64,000 nucleotides of DNA from Eledone cirrhosa (GCA_964016885.1 OZ024741.1:362762001-362826000), one strand, 5' to 3'. Numbered from the stretch's first letter, positions 14,504 to 32,581 are shown. The notes: generated by a model not told the origin, from the letters alone. Numbers and translations: made by a program.

Positions 14504-14925
14504 TACCTATCTTCCGGCCTCTCTAGAGAATCGTAAAAGCACATATCGTTATATGCTTTTTCTATGAAAATTAGTAGTGGGCAGACTAATTTGCATAGAG
14601 TGTGAGTAAGTACCGGTTCAACGGAGACGATAAAAACAAATAACGAAACGAAATTAAATTTCGTTTCGTTTGTAACTCACTTTTGTATGACTGACGCTTA
14701 AACAATTAAGTTAAAGATGTACATCCATATATGTATACTGAAATACTAGTATGTATATGAATACACACACGTATACATATGTAGATGTACCAAGTTTTTT
14801 CACTGGTCACTTTACTGTGAGTGGCCAGCTATTCTGTATGTAAACACACAGACAAACCGGTTTTTAGAGTCATACTGGTTTTTGAGGAAACACCTTTCCT
14901 CTATTCTCCAGAAAGCCAGACAAGG

Positions 14926-14970
14926 AATATTGAACTAGTTTCGTTGTTGTTACAACTCATCAGCAATATT
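14926..14970 (-). ncRNA. Hammerhead ribozyme, family A, copy 5
   Basis: Identical motif at +1868. A sixth copy is truncated at 15424. Confidence 0.85.
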
Positions 14971-15423
14971 TACCTATCTTCCGGCCTCTCTAGAGAATCG
15001 TAAAAGCACATATCGTTATATGCTTTTTCTATGAAAATTAGTAGTGGGCAGACTAATTTGCATAGAGTGTGAGTAAGTACCGGTTCAACGGAGACGATAA
15101 AAACAAATAACGAAACGAAATTAAATTTCGTTTCGTTTGTAACTCACTTTTGTATGACTGACGCTTAAACAATTAAGTTAAAGATGTACATCCATATATG
15201 TATACTGAAATACTAGTATGTATATGAATACACACACGTATACATATGTAGATGTACCAAGTTTTTTCACTGGTCACTTTACTGTGAGTGGCCAGCTATT
15301 CTGTATGTAAACACACAGACAAACCGGTTTTTAGAGTCATACTGGTTTTTGAGGAAACACCTTTCCTCTATTCTCCAGAAAGCCAGACAAGGAATATTGA
15401 ACTAGTTTCGTTGTTGTTACAAC

Positions 15424-16183
<760 letters not shown>

Positions 16184-16635
16184 CCCCCGTCCCACCACCT
16201 CCACCCCACCCACACCGCCCCTTTCAATGTAAAGTTATGTTGGTCCCACAACATCCAGGCCGAAACAAATGAGATCGTGTAGGTGTCACGACAAAAAACA
16301 CACAGTCCACGCTGTAAATGTGGCCGTGTAGGCAACACGGTAAAAACCTCCCAGCCCCACACTGTAAATGTGGTTGGTGTTAGGAAGGGCATCCAGCTGT
16401 AGAAAACCCGCCAGACAGTCCACGCTGTAATGTGGCCGTGTAGGCAACACGGTAAAAACCTCCCAGCCCCACACTGTAAATGGTTGGTGTTAGGAAGGGC
16501 ATCCAACTGTAGAAAACCCGCCAGACAGTCCTATGCGAGCAAGACAACCACTCTTGCCTCAAGTGGGAAAACCCCCGTCCAAACCCATGCAAGCGTGGAA
16601 CACGGACGCTAAACCTGATGATGATGATGATGATG
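16184..16635 (+). mobile_element. Severely 5'-truncated RTE copy (3' UTR and (GAT)n tail only)
   Basis: Near-identical to 3706-4166. Confidence 0.9.
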
Positions 16636-17165
16636 TATGTATATATATATGTATGTATATATATATGTATGTATATATGTATATATATATATATGTATGT
16701 ATATATATATGTATGTATATATATGTATATATATATATATGTATGTATATATATATATGTCTGTATATATATATGTATGTATATATATATGTATATATAT
16801 ATGTATGTATGTATATATATATATATGTATGTATATATATATATATGTATGTATATATATATATATGTATGTATATATATATATATGTATGTATATATAT
16901 ATATATGTATGTATATATATATGTATGTATGTATATATATATATATGTATGTATATATATATATATGTATGTATATATATATATGTATATATATATGTAT
17001 GTATGTATATATATATATATGTATGTATATATATATGTATGTATATATATATATATGTATGTATATATATATATGTATATATATATATATGTATGTATAT
17101 ATATATATATGTATGTATATATATATGTATGTATGTATATATATATATATATATGTATATATATG

Positions 17166-17196
<31 letters not shown>

Positions 17197-17469
17197 GTAT
17201 ATATATATATATATGTATATATATGTATATATATATATGTATATATATGTATATATATATATGTATATATATGTATATATATATATGTATATATATGTAT
17301 ATATATATATGTATGTATATATATGTATATATATATATGTATGTATATATATGTATATATATGTATATATATATATGTATATATATGTATATATATATAT
17401 GTATATATATGTATATATATATATGTATGTATATATATATATGTATATATATATGTATATATATATATG

Positions 17470-17531
<62 letters not shown>

Positions 17532-17959
17532 TATATGTATGTATATATATATGTATGTATATATATATATATATGTATGTATATATATATGTATGTATAT
17601 ATATATATATGTATGTATATATATATATATGTATGTATATATATATGTATGTATATATATATATATGTATGTATATATATATATATGTATGTATATATAT
17701 ATATATGTATGTATATATATATATATATGTATGTATATATATATATATATGTATGTATATATATATATATATGTATGTATATATATATATATATGTACGT
17801 ATATATATATATATATATGTATATATATGTATTATATATATGTATGTATGTATATATATATATATATGTATGTATGTATGTATATGTATGTATGTATGTT
17901 ATATATATATATGTATGTATGTATATATATATATGTATGTATATATATATGTATGTATG

Positions 17960-17994
<35 letters not shown>

Positions 17995-18247
17995 GTATGT
18001 ATATATATATATATGTATGTATATATATATATATATGTATATGTATATATATGTATATGTATATATATGTATATATATGTATATATATATATATGTATGT
18101 ATATATGTATATATATGTATATATATATATATATGTATGTATATATGTATATATATGTATATATATATATATGTATGTATATGTATGTATATATGTATAT
18201 ATATGTATATATATATGTATGTATGTATATATATATATATATGTATG

Positions 18248-18278
<31 letters not shown>

Positions 18279-18321
18279 GTATATATATATGTATGTATAT
18301 ATATATATGTATGTATGTATG

Positions 18322-18354
<33 letters not shown>

Positions 18355-18832
18355 GTATATATGTATATATATATATGTATGTATGAATATATATATGTAT
18401 GAATATATATATGTATGTATATATATATATATGTATGTATGAATATATATATATATGTATGTATATATATATGTATGTATATATATATATATGTATGTAT
18501 ATATATATATATGTATGTATGAATATATGTATGTATGTATGTATGTATATATATATATGTATGTATATATATATATATGTATGTATGTATATATATATAT
18601 ATGTATGTATGTATATATATATATATGTATGTATGTATATATATATATATGTATGTATATATGTATGTATGTATATATATATATATGTATGTATATATAT
18701 ATATATGTATGTATGAATATATATATGTATGTATGTATATATATATATATGTATGTATGTATATATTATATATATGTATGTATGTATATATATATGTATG
18801 TATGTATATATATATATATGTATGTATGTATG

Positions 18833-18863
<31 letters not shown>

Positions 18864-18882
18864 ATGTATGTATGTATGTATG

Positions 18883-18916
<34 letters not shown>

Positions 18917-19057
18917 TGTATATATATATGTATGTATATATATATATTATGTATGTATATATATATGTATGTATGTATGTATATATATATATATATGTAT
19001 GTATGTATATATATATATATATGTATGTATGTATATATATATATATATGTATGTATG

Positions 19058-19088
<31 letters not shown>

Positions 19089-19768
19089 ATATATATATAT
19101 GTATGTATATATATATATATATATGTATGTATATATATATATATATGTATGTATATATATATATATATGTATGTATATATATATATATATGTATGTATAT
19201 ATATATATATATATGTATGTATATATATATATATATGTATGTATATATATATATATATGTATGTATATATATATATATATATGTATGTATATATATATAT
19301 ATGTATGTATATATATATATATATATATGTATGTATATATATATATGTATGTATGTATATATATATATGTATGTATGTATATATATATATATGTATGTAT
19401 ATATATATATATATGTATGTATATATATATATATATGTATGTATGTATATATATATATATGTATGTATATATATATATATATGTATGTATATATATATAT
19501 ATATTATGTATGTATATATATATATATGTATGTATGTATATATATATATATATGTATGTATATATATATATATATGTATGTATGTATATATATATATGTA
19601 TGTATATATATATATGTATGTATGTATGTATATATATATATGTATGTATATATATATATATGTATATATATGTATGTATATATATATATGTATATATATA
19701 TATGTATATATATATATATGTATGTATATATATATATATGTATATATATATATGTATATATATATATG

Positions 19769-19799
<31 letters not shown>

Positions 19800-19803
19800 G
19801 TAT

Positions 19804-19858
<55 letters not shown>

Positions 19859-19873
19859 GTATGTATATATATG

Positions 19874-19924
<51 letters not shown>

Positions 19925-19984
19925 GTATATATATGTATATTATATATATATATGTATATATATATATATGTATATATATATATG

Positions 19985-20015
<31 letters not shown>

Positions 20016-20131
20016 GTATATATATATATGTATATATATATATGTATATATATATGTATTATATGTATATATATGTATATATATGTATATATATATATAT
20101 ATATATGTATGTATATATATATATATGTATG

Positions 20132-20164
<33 letters not shown>

Positions 20165-20189
20165 TTATGTATATATATATATATGTATG

Positions 20190-20222
<33 letters not shown>

Positions 20223-20775
20223 GTATGTATATATGTATGTATGTATTATATATATATATGTATGTATATATATATATATGTATGTATGTATATATATGTA
20301 TGTATGTATATATATATATGTATGTATGTATATATATATGTATGTATGTATATATATATGTATGTATTATATGTATATGTATATATATGTATGTATATAT
20401 ATATATATGTATGTATATATATATATATGTATGTATATATATATAGTATGTATATATATATATATGTATGTATATATATATATGTATGTATATATATATG
20501 TATGTATATATATATGTATGTATATATATATATATGTATGTATATATATATATATGTATGTATATATATATGTATGTATATATATATATGTATGTATATA
20601 TATATATGTATGTATATATATATATATGTATGTATATATATATATGTATGTATATATATATATATGTATGTATATATATATATATGTATGTATATATATA
20701 TGTATGTATGTATATAGTATATATATATGTATGTATATATATATATATGTATGTATATATATATATATATGTATG

Positions 20776-20807
<32 letters not shown>

Positions 20808-20810
20808 ATG

Positions 20811-20857
<47 letters not shown>

Positions 20858-20865
20858 GTATGTAT

Positions 20866-20906
<41 letters not shown>

Positions 20907-20932
20907 TATATATATGTATGTATATATATATG

Positions 20933-20963
<31 letters not shown>

Positions 20964-21123
20964 GTGTATATATGTATATATATATATATGTATGTATATA
21001 TATGTATATATATATATATGTATGTATATATATATATATATAGTATATATATATGTATATATATATGTATGTATATATATATATATATATGTATATATAT
21101 GTATATATATATATATATGTATG

Positions 21124-21154
<31 letters not shown>

Positions 21155-21371
21155 ATGTATGTATGTATATGTATGTATATGTATGTATGTATATGTATGT
21201 ATATGTATATATATGTATATATATATGTATATGTATATATATATTTATGTATATAGTATATATGTATGTATATATTTATATATGTATATATATATATATA
21301 TGTATGTATATATATATATGTATGTATATATATATATATGTATGATATAAGTATATATATATATATGTATG

Positions 21372-21404
<33 letters not shown>

Positions 21405-21546
21405 AATATATATATATATGTATGTATGTATATATATATATATATATATGTATGTATATATATATATATATATATGTATGTATATATGTATATATATATA
21501 TAGTATGTATATATATATATATTATGTATATATATATATATGTATG

Positions 21547-21577
<31 letters not shown>

Positions 21578-21868
21578 ATATATATATATATATATGTATG
21601 ATATATATATTATATATATATATATGTATGTATATATATATATATATGTATGTATATATATATATATATGTATGTATATATATATAGTATGTATATATAT
21701 ATATATATGTATGTATATATATATATATGTATGTATATATATATGTATGTATGTATATATATATATGTATGTATATAATATATATGTATGTATATATATA
21801 TATATGTATGTATATATATATATATGTATGTATATATATATATATATGTATTATATTATATATATATG

Positions 21869-21903
<35 letters not shown>

Positions 21904-22056
21904 GTATGTATATATATATATATGTATATATATATATTTATATGTATGTATATATATATATGTATGTATATATATATATGTATATGTATATATATATAGT
22001 ATATAGTATATATATATATATTATGTATATATATATATATATGTATATATATATAG

Positions 22057-22109
<53 letters not shown>

Positions 22110-22443
22110 GTAGTATATATATGTATATATATATGTATGTATGTATATATATGTATGTATATATGTATAGTATGTATGTATGTATATGTATGTATATGTA
22201 TGTATATATGTATGTATGTATGTATATATGTATGTATGTATATATATATATATGTATGTATGTATATATATATATATGTATGTATATATATATATATATA
22301 TGTATGTATATATATTATGTATGTATGATATATGTATGTATATATATGTATGTATGTATGTATATATTATGTATATATATATGTATGTATGTATATATAT
22401 ATATATATGTATGTATGTATATGTATGTATATATATGTATGTG

Positions 22444-22474
<31 letters not shown>

Positions 22475-22515
22475 ATATATATATATATATGTATGTATAT
22501 ATATATATATGTATG

Positions 22516-22546
<31 letters not shown>

Positions 22547-22611
22547 ATGTATGTATATATATATATGTATGTATATGTATGTATATATATATATATATAT
22601 TGTATGTATAT

Positions 22612-22675
<64 letters not shown>

Positions 22676-22990
22676 ATATATATATATATATGTATATATA
22701 TGTATGTATATATATATATATTTATGTATGTATATATATATGTATGTATGTATATATATATGTATGTATATATATATATATGTATGTATGTATATATATA
22801 ATATATGTATGTATATATATATATATGTATGTATATATATATATATGTATGTATGTATATATATATATTTGTATGTATGTATATATATATGTATGTATGT
22901 ATATATATATATATGTATGTATGTATGTATATATATATGTATGTATGTATATATATATGTATGTATGTATATATATATATGTATGTATGT

Positions 22991-23031
<41 letters not shown>

Positions 23032-23154
23032 TATGTATGTATGATATATGTATGTATGTATGTATATATATGTATGTATGTATGTATATTATATGTATGT
23101 ATATTATATATGTATGTATGTATATATATGTATGTATATATGTATGTATGTATG

Positions 23155-23248
<94 letters not shown>

Positions 23249-23269
23249 TATGTATTATATATTATATAT

Positions 23270-23319
<50 letters not shown>

Positions 23320-23328
23320 GTATGTATG

Positions 23329-23359
<31 letters not shown>

Positions 23360-23367
23360 TATATATG

Positions 23368-23431
<64 letters not shown>

Positions 23432-23437
23432 TGTATG

Positions 23438-23475
<38 letters not shown>

Positions 23476-23483
23476 GTATATAT

Positions 23484-23532
<49 letters not shown>

Positions 23533-23541
23533 GTATGTATG

Positions 23542-23578
<37 letters not shown>

Positions 23579-23611
23579 GTATATATTATGTATATATATA
23601 TATGTATATAT

Positions 23612-23643
<32 letters not shown>

Positions 23644-23653
23644 TGTATGTATA

Positions 23654-23689
<36 letters not shown>

Positions 23690-23705
23690 TATGTATGTAT
23701 GTATG

Positions 23706-23742
<37 letters not shown>

Positions 23743-23966
23743 ATATATATGTATGTATATATATATATATGTATGTATAATATATATATGTATGTATATA
23801 TATATATATGTATGTATGTATGTATATATATATGTATGTATGTATGTATATATATATATATGTATGTATGTATATATATATGTATGTATGTATATATATA
23901 TATATGTATGTATATATATTTATATATGTGTATGTATGTATGTATATATATATGTATGTATGTATG

Positions 23967-24000
<34 letters not shown>

Positions 24001-24550
24001 TATATATATGTATGTATGTATATATATATATGTATGTATGTATGTATATATATGTATGTATGTATGTATGTTTGTATGTATGTATGTATATATATATATG
24101 TATGTATGTATGTATATATGTATGTATGTATATGTATGTATGTATGTATATGTATGTATGTATGTATATATATGTATGTATGTATGTATATGTATGTATG
24201 TATGTATGTATGTATTATGTATGTATGTATGTATGTATGTATGTATATGTATGTATGTATGTATGTATATATATGTATGTATGTATGTATATATATATAT
24301 GTATGTATGTATGTATATATATGTATGTATATGTATGTATGTATGTATGTATATATATATGTATGTATGTATATATGTATGTATGTATGTATATATATAT
24401 GTATGTATGTATATATATATGTATGTATGTTATATATGTATGTATATATGTATGTATATATATATGTATGTATGTATGTATGTATATATATATATATATG
24501 TATGTATGTATGTATGTATATATGTATGTATATGTATGTATGTATGTATG

Positions 24551-24582
<32 letters not shown>

Positions 24583-24583
24583 T
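16636..24583. repeat. ~8-kb (TA)n/(TATG)n microsatellite
   Basis: Directly visible. Confidence 0.97.
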
Positions 24584-25216
24584 GTCACCAGTTGGTGCTA
24601 CTGGTAACATGTATCCCAGTACAACCTGTCTCATGGTCGGGTCGTTGGCGACTAAACTGGCAACCCCACCAAGGTTTCTTGGTGAGGAGGGTGACTTTGG
24701 ACATCCTGCAGGACTAAAAACAAAACCTGTCAAAGGGCAAAGGAGCTCTTAAGAGTCAATGGCCATCCAAAATCACCGGGAGAGATGACCCCTTTAGCCT
24801 TAGTCAAGGCAGAATTCTAGGAGAAGGAAAACTCTGATATAACACCTGCAACCCTGATGGTATCCAATGATGTTGACTTGTTCTTCTTTTTGGTAAATAG
24901 CATCTTGGTTAAGAGAGTGGGACTGGCTTTGTGCAGTGCCTTTGCTCACTATAAAAGCTTCACGGCACAGGCATTGCTTTATATCTGGAGATCTCTCTGC
25001 ACTTGTCCTCACATGGGCCCAGCACTATGTGTCAATAATTGTCCTACCATGGGCCTAGCACTATGTGTCAATAATTGTCACAGGTGTAGTGTTTGTACCA
25101 GAGGTTTCAAGTCGCTGGCTGGACTAAAAAGTCACACTCGTTCAGCGCTTCGGTAGGGGTTATCCTACATGGATGTAAAGTAGTGGCCGTACTCGAAAAC
25201 GAGTTGGCAGCCACCA
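24584..25216 (+). mobile_element. ~620-bp non-autonomous RTE-like element, copy 1
   Basis: Three similar copies in the window. The 3' part encodes a C2H2-like remnant [19 protein letters not shown] resembling RTE/BovB C-termini. Internal ~32-bp duplication. Confidence 0.65.
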
Positions 25217-25251
25217 TGTATGTATGTATGTATGTATATATATATATTTAT

Positions 25252-25860
25252 GTCAGGTCACCAGTTGGTGCTACTGGTAACATGTATTCCAGTACAACCT
25301 GTCCCATGGTCGGGTCGTTGGCGACTAAACTGGCAACCCCACCAAGGTTTCTTGGTGAGGAGGGTGACTTTGGACATCCTGCAGGACTAAAAACAAAACC
25401 TGTCAAAAGGCAAAGGAGCTCTTAAGAGTCAATGGCCATCCAAAATCACCGGGAGAGATGACCCCTTAGCCTTTGTCAAGGCAGAATTCTAGGAGAAGGA
25501 AAACTCTGATATAACACCTGCAACCCTGATGGTATCCAATGATGTTGACTTGTTCTTCTTTTTGGTAAATATCATCTTGGTTAAGAGAGTGGGACTGGCT
25601 TTGTGCAGTGCCTTTGCTCACTATAAAAGCTTCACGGCACAGGCATTGCTTTATATCTGGAGATCTCTCTGCATTTGTCGTTACATGGTACCATGGGCCC
25701 AGCACTATGTGTCAATAATTGTCACAAGTGTAGTGTTTGTACCAGAGCTTTCAAGTCGCTGGCTGGACTAAAAAGTCACACTCGTTCAGCGCATCAGTAG
25801 GGGTTCTCCTACATGGATATAAAGTAGTGGCCGTACTCGAAAACGAGTTGGCAGCCACCA
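25252..25860 (+). mobile_element. ~610-bp non-autonomous RTE-like element, copy 2 (tandem to copy 1)
   Basis: Homologous to 24584-25216 and 55833-56441. Confidence 0.65.
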
Positions 25861-25984
25861 TATATATATATATGTATGTATGTATATATGTATGTATGTA
25901 TATATGTATGTATATATATATGTATGTATGTATGTATATATATATATGTATGTATGTATGTATATATATATATATATATGTATG

Positions 25985-26018
<34 letters not shown>

Positions 26019-26102
26019 TATATGTATGTATGTATGTATATATGTATGTATGTATGTATATATATATATATGTATGTATGTATATATATGTATGTATGTA
26101 TG

Positions 26103-26161
<59 letters not shown>

Positions 26162-27091
26162 ATATATATATATATGTATGTATGGATATATGTATGTATG
26201 TATGTATATATATATATATGTATGTAAGTAATGTATATATATATGTATGTATGTATATATGTATGTATATATATATGTATGTATGTATGTATGTATATAT
26301 ATATATATATAGATGTATGTATATATATATATATATATATGCATGTATGTATATATATATATATATGCATGTATGTATATATATATATATATGCATGTAT
26401 GTATATATATATATATATGCATGTATGTATATATATATATATATGCATGTATGTATATATATATATATATGCATGTATGTATATATATATATATATGCAT
26501 GTATGTATATATATATATATATGCATGTATGTATATATATATATGCATGTATGTATATATATATATGCATGTATGTATATATATATATGCATGTATGTAT
26601 ATATATATATGCATGTATGTATATATATATATGCATGTATGTATATATATATATGCATGTATGTATATATATATGCATGTATATATATATATATGCATGT
26701 ATATATATATATATGCATGTATGTATATATATATATATGCATGTATGTATATATATATATATGCATGTATGTATATATATATATGTATGTATGTATATAT
26801 ATGTATGTATGTATATATATGTATGTATGTATGTGTATGTATGTATATATATATATGTATGTATGTATATGTATGTATATATATATGTATGTATGTATGA
26901 TGTATGTATATATATTGTATGTATGTATGTATGTATATATATATATATGTATGTATTTATGTATATATATATATATGTATGTATGTATATATATATATGT
27001 ATGTATATATATATATGTATGTATGTATATATATATATTGTATGTATGTATATATGTATGTATGTATGTATGTATATATATATATGTATGT

Positions 27092-27125
<34 letters not shown>

Positions 27126-27134
27126 GTATGTATG

Positions 27135-27174
<40 letters not shown>

Positions 27175-27285
27175 TGTATGTATATATATATATGTATGTA
27201 TGTATGTATATATATATATATATGTATGTATATATATATATGTATGTTATATATATATATATGTATGTATATATATATATATATG

Positions 27286-27317
<32 letters not shown>

Positions 27318-27470
27318 TATATATGTATGTATATATATATATATATGTATGTATGTATATATATGTATGTATGTATATATATATATGTATGTATATATAT
27401 ATGTATGTATGTATGTATGTATATATCATGTATGTATGTATGTATGTATGTATATCTATATATGTATGTA

Positions 27471-27503
<33 letters not shown>

Positions 27504-27630
27504 ATATGTATGTATGTATATATATATATGTATATATATATATGTATGTATGTATATATATATATATATGTATGTATATATATATATGTATGTATATATA
27601 TATGTATGTATATATATATATATATGTATG

Positions 27631-27663
<33 letters not shown>

Positions 27664-27672
27664 GTATGTATA

Positions 27673-27718
<46 letters not shown>

Positions 27719-27923
27719 GTATGTATGTATATATATATGTATGTATGTATATATATATATATATGTATGTATATATATATATATATGTATGTATATATAT
27801 ATATATATGTATGTATATATATATATATGTATGTATATATATATATATATATGTATGTATATATATATATATATATGTATGTATATATATATATATATGT
27901 ATGTATATATATATATATGTATG

Positions 27924-27996
<73 letters not shown>

Positions 27997-28023
27997 GTAT
28001 GTATATATATATATATATGTATG

Positions 28024-28082
<59 letters not shown>

Positions 28083-28195
28083 ATATATATATGTATATAT
28101 ATATGTATGTATATATATATATGTATATATATGTATGTATATATATATGTATGTATATATATATATATGTATGTATATATATATATATGTATGTA
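25861..28195. repeat. (TA)n/(TATG)n/(TGCATG) microsatellite
   Basis: Directly visible. Confidence 0.97.
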
Positions 28196-30817
28196 TCATC
28201 ATCACCGTTTTACGTCCGTTCTTCCACGCTAGCATGGGTTAGACGGTTGTCCTGTTGTGGGCAGTGTCTGGTCGGCTGACCATGCCTTGCTCATACAGGA
28301 ACTGATCTGGCTTGATTTCTACAGCTGGATGCCCTTCCTAACACCAACCTCATTTACAGTGAGTGCTGGGTGCTTTTTCGTGGCGCCTACACGTCCACTT
28401 TACAGTGTGGGCTGGGTGCTTTTTTGCCGTGGCACCTCCACGACCACCTTGCGGTGGGGGGGGGGGGGCATATTGTTTATATGCTTCAGCATGTACCCAT
28501 GGGAGGTCGGGTACCCTGTATTACTGCGTGACGCCAGAAGTCACGGTCGTGTGTCATTGACTTTGAGAGGTGTAGTTGGGTAAGGTCGGCTTTTATCACC
28601 TCATCCCAAGTCATCTTGGGTCTCCCCACTACGCGGTTTCCATCAACTTCTAGTGCTCTGCACCTTTTTATGCAGCTGTCATCCTTCATACGCATCACAT
28701 GTCCATACCAGCGTAACCGCCTCTCCTGCACGCAGCATTTGATTCCTCTTATGCTCAGTCTCTCTCTCAATTCATTTATGCTTTGTCGTTCACGTATATT
28801 ACTGTTACACATCCATCGGAGCATGCAGGCTTCGTTTCTCTCTAATCTACGTAAGTCTTCCACCTTCAGCGCCCAGGTCTCACTACCATGCAACATCGCT
28901 GTTCGGATACACGCATCATACAGTCTGCCTTTCATTCTGAGGGAGAAGCCTTTTGCAGCTAGCAGTGGTAGTAGTTCCCTAAACTTCTTCCATCCCGTTC
29001 TTACCCTAGTTATTGTACTTTCTGAGCACCCACCTCCGTTGCTAATTCGGTCACCTAGGTAGCAGAAGCTGTCTACTGTTTCTACAGGGCCCTCCCAGAG
29101 ATTGGTGGTACTTGTTTCCTGTGGCTGTTTGCTTGCTGTTTCAGCACAGCTGCTGCATGTGAATCCTACATTCTTAATTAAGCTTCCTGAGATCCCGCTA
29201 CATCTCTTGTGTACCCATTGTTTGCATTTGGGGCAAAGAATGGAGTTCCTACCTACACCTTTCCTACATACTGAGCAAGGCCATTTCCCTGAGGGGATCT
29301 GGGTTCTGTTTTCTCGTCTACTTATAAGGACCTTAGTCTTTGTCATGTTGACTTTGAGGCCCTTTCTCTCTAGTCCCTGCTTCCAGGTTTGGAATTTATT
29401 CTCTAGTTCTACCATAGATTCAGCTATGAGTGCGAGGTCATCAGCATACAGGAGTTCCCATGGGCATCCGGTCTTAAACTCCTCCGTTATTGCCTGCAGG
29501 ACTATGATGAACAGGAGAGGGCTAAGAACAGAGCCCTGGTGGACCCCAACCTGTACGCTAAATTCCTCGCTATACTCATTGCCAATCCTAACTTTGCTGA
29601 CTGCTCCCCTATACATGGCTTGTACCGCTTTCACAAGCCATTCATCTACTCCTAGTTTTCTAAGAGCCCACCAGATTACTGCACGTGGAACTCTGTCAAA
29701 GGCTTTCTCAAGGTCGACAAATGCCAAGTAGAGTGGCTTACTTTTAGCTAGGTACTTTTCCTGTAATTGCCTCACAAGGAAGAGCGCATCAGTGGTGCCT
29801 TTCCCTGGAACAAACCCAAATTGCATCTCGTCTATATTCACCCGGTCCCTAATCAGCTGTGCTATAACTCTTTCTGTTACTTTCATGACCTGGTCCATCA
29901 ACTTTATACCTCTATAGTTTCCTCTATCTAGTGCATCGCCTTTACCTTTGTAGCAGTTGACAATGATGCTACTGCACCAATCTTTTGGTATGGCCCCCTC
30001 TAGTATTACCTGGTTAACGATACGTGTGGTTATAGTGTGACCTACAGACCCAGATGCCTTCAGCATCTCGGCAGCTATACCCGATGGACCGGTTGCCTTC
30101 CCTATCTTCATATCTCTGATTGCCTTACTTACTACGCTGCCGCTGACTTGTACTGCTGGTCCCTCTATAGGGTCTACGTGGGGTAGGGTCTCTTCTTCCC
30201 ATGCATTCTCCTCATTTAGTAATCTATCATAATGACTCTTCCATGCATCTTTCTTCTCAGCACTTGTGAGGGCAAGCTCACCTTTATCATTCCGGATACA
30301 CTTCTCTCCAATGACATCACAACTATCTCTGACACACTGCCTCGCAATCTTGAATACCTCCTGTTTCTGGTCCTCACGTTGTAAAACATGCTTGAATTTT
30401 CTATCCTCTGCTTCCCTCCTAGCTAAGTATACTTGTCGCCTAGCTTCCCTCTTGGTCTCTATGTAATGTACCCTGCTCCCCCCGTTCTTCCATTCTTTCC
30501 ATGCCTGTCTCTTGGCCTTGACTGCTTCATCTACCTTATTGTTCCACCACCAAGTCACTCTCCTCCTGCTTGAGGTCTTACTCCAGCCACAAACCTCATC
30601 CGTCGCCTCTAGTAAGTTATTTTTTAGGAACTCCCAGTTCTCTTCTACGTTAAATGTATCTATCTGTTCTTCTTTACTGTCGTAGGCGTTGAGTAAAATA
30701 TCTTTAAATCTGTTACTGGTTGAGGGGACTTTCAGCTTCCAGATCTTTCTTCTCCAGGTTGGCCTCTGTTTCAGGGCTCGTCTAGTTCTGACCGTGAGGT
30801 CGCTGACAACTAAGCTA
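28196..30817 (-). mobile_element. 5'-truncated RTE-clade LINE with 3' UTR and (GAT)n tail
   Basis: Long open frame plus a 3' end ...ggacgtaaaacggtgatgatg. Confidence 0.93.
28486..30817 (-). CDS. RTE ORF, 5'-truncated: end of APE, complete RT with PHD-like insert, C-terminal domain; no internal stops
   Basis: [65 protein letters not shown]. The upstream part of the listed 1571-aa ORF is microsatellite. Confidence 0.9.
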
Positions 30818-31267
30818 TGTATATATATATATATGTATATATATATATGTATGTATATATATATATATATATGTATGTATATATATATATGTATGTATAT
30901 ATATATATATATGTATGTATATATATATATGTATGTATGTATGTATATATATATATATGTATGTATGTATATATATATATGTATGTATATATATATGTAT
31001 GTATGTATGTATATATATATGTATGTATGTATATATGTATGTATGTATATATATATATATATGTATGTATATATATATGTATGTATGTATATATATATAT
31101 ATATGTATGTATATATATATGTATGTATATATATATGTATGTATGTATATATATATATATATGTATGTATATATATATGTATGTATGTATGTATATATAT
31201 ATATATGTATGTATGTATGTATATATATATATATGTGTATGTATGTATATATATATATATGTGTATG

Positions 31268-31298
<31 letters not shown>

Positions 31299-31489
31299 AT
31301 ATATATATATGTGTATGTATATATATATATATATATGTGTATGTATATATATATATATATATGTGTATGTATATATATATATATGTGTATGTATATATAT
31401 ATATATATATGTGTATGTATATATATATATATATGCATATATGTATGTATGTATATATATATATATATATATATATGCATATATGTATG

Positions 31490-31520
<31 letters not shown>

Positions 31521-31529
31521 GCATATATG

Positions 31530-31565
<36 letters not shown>

Positions 31566-31687
31566 TATATGTATATATATATATATATATATACATATAT
31601 GTATATATATATGCATATATGTATATATATATATGCATATATGTATATATATATATGCATATATGTATATATATATATGCATATATG

Positions 31688-31727
<40 letters not shown>

Positions 31728-31733
31728 TATATG

Positions 31734-31764
<31 letters not shown>

Positions 31765-31973
31765 GCATATATGTATGTATATATGTATATATATATATAT
31801 GCATATATATATATATATGCATATATGTATATATATATATATACATACATATATATGCTGTAAAGTGGCGCTGGTGTTAGGAAGGGCATCCAACCAGTGT
31901 ATCAACGCCAAAAAGCTTATCAGCACAGCAACAAATATGCATATATGTATATATATATATATATATATATGCA

Positions 31974-32004
<31 letters not shown>

Positions 32005-32185
32005 GCATATATGTATATATATATATATATGCATATATGTATATATATATATATATATGCATATATGTATATATATATATATATATGCATATATGTATAT
32101 GTATATATATATATATATGCATATATGTATATATGTATGTATATATATATATATATATGCATATATGTATATATATATATATGCA

Positions 32186-32218
<33 letters not shown>

Positions 32219-32237
32219 GCATATATGTATATATATA

Positions 32238-32320
<83 letters not shown>

Positions 32321-32369
32321 GCATATATGTATATATATATATATGTGTATATATATATGTATATATATA

Positions 32370-32406
<37 letters not shown>

Positions 32407-32455
32407 GCATATATGTATATATATATATATGTGTATATATATATGTATATATATA

Positions 32456-32488
<33 letters not shown>

Positions 32489-32507
32489 GCATATATGTAT
32501 ATATATA

Positions 32508-32581
<74 letters not shown>

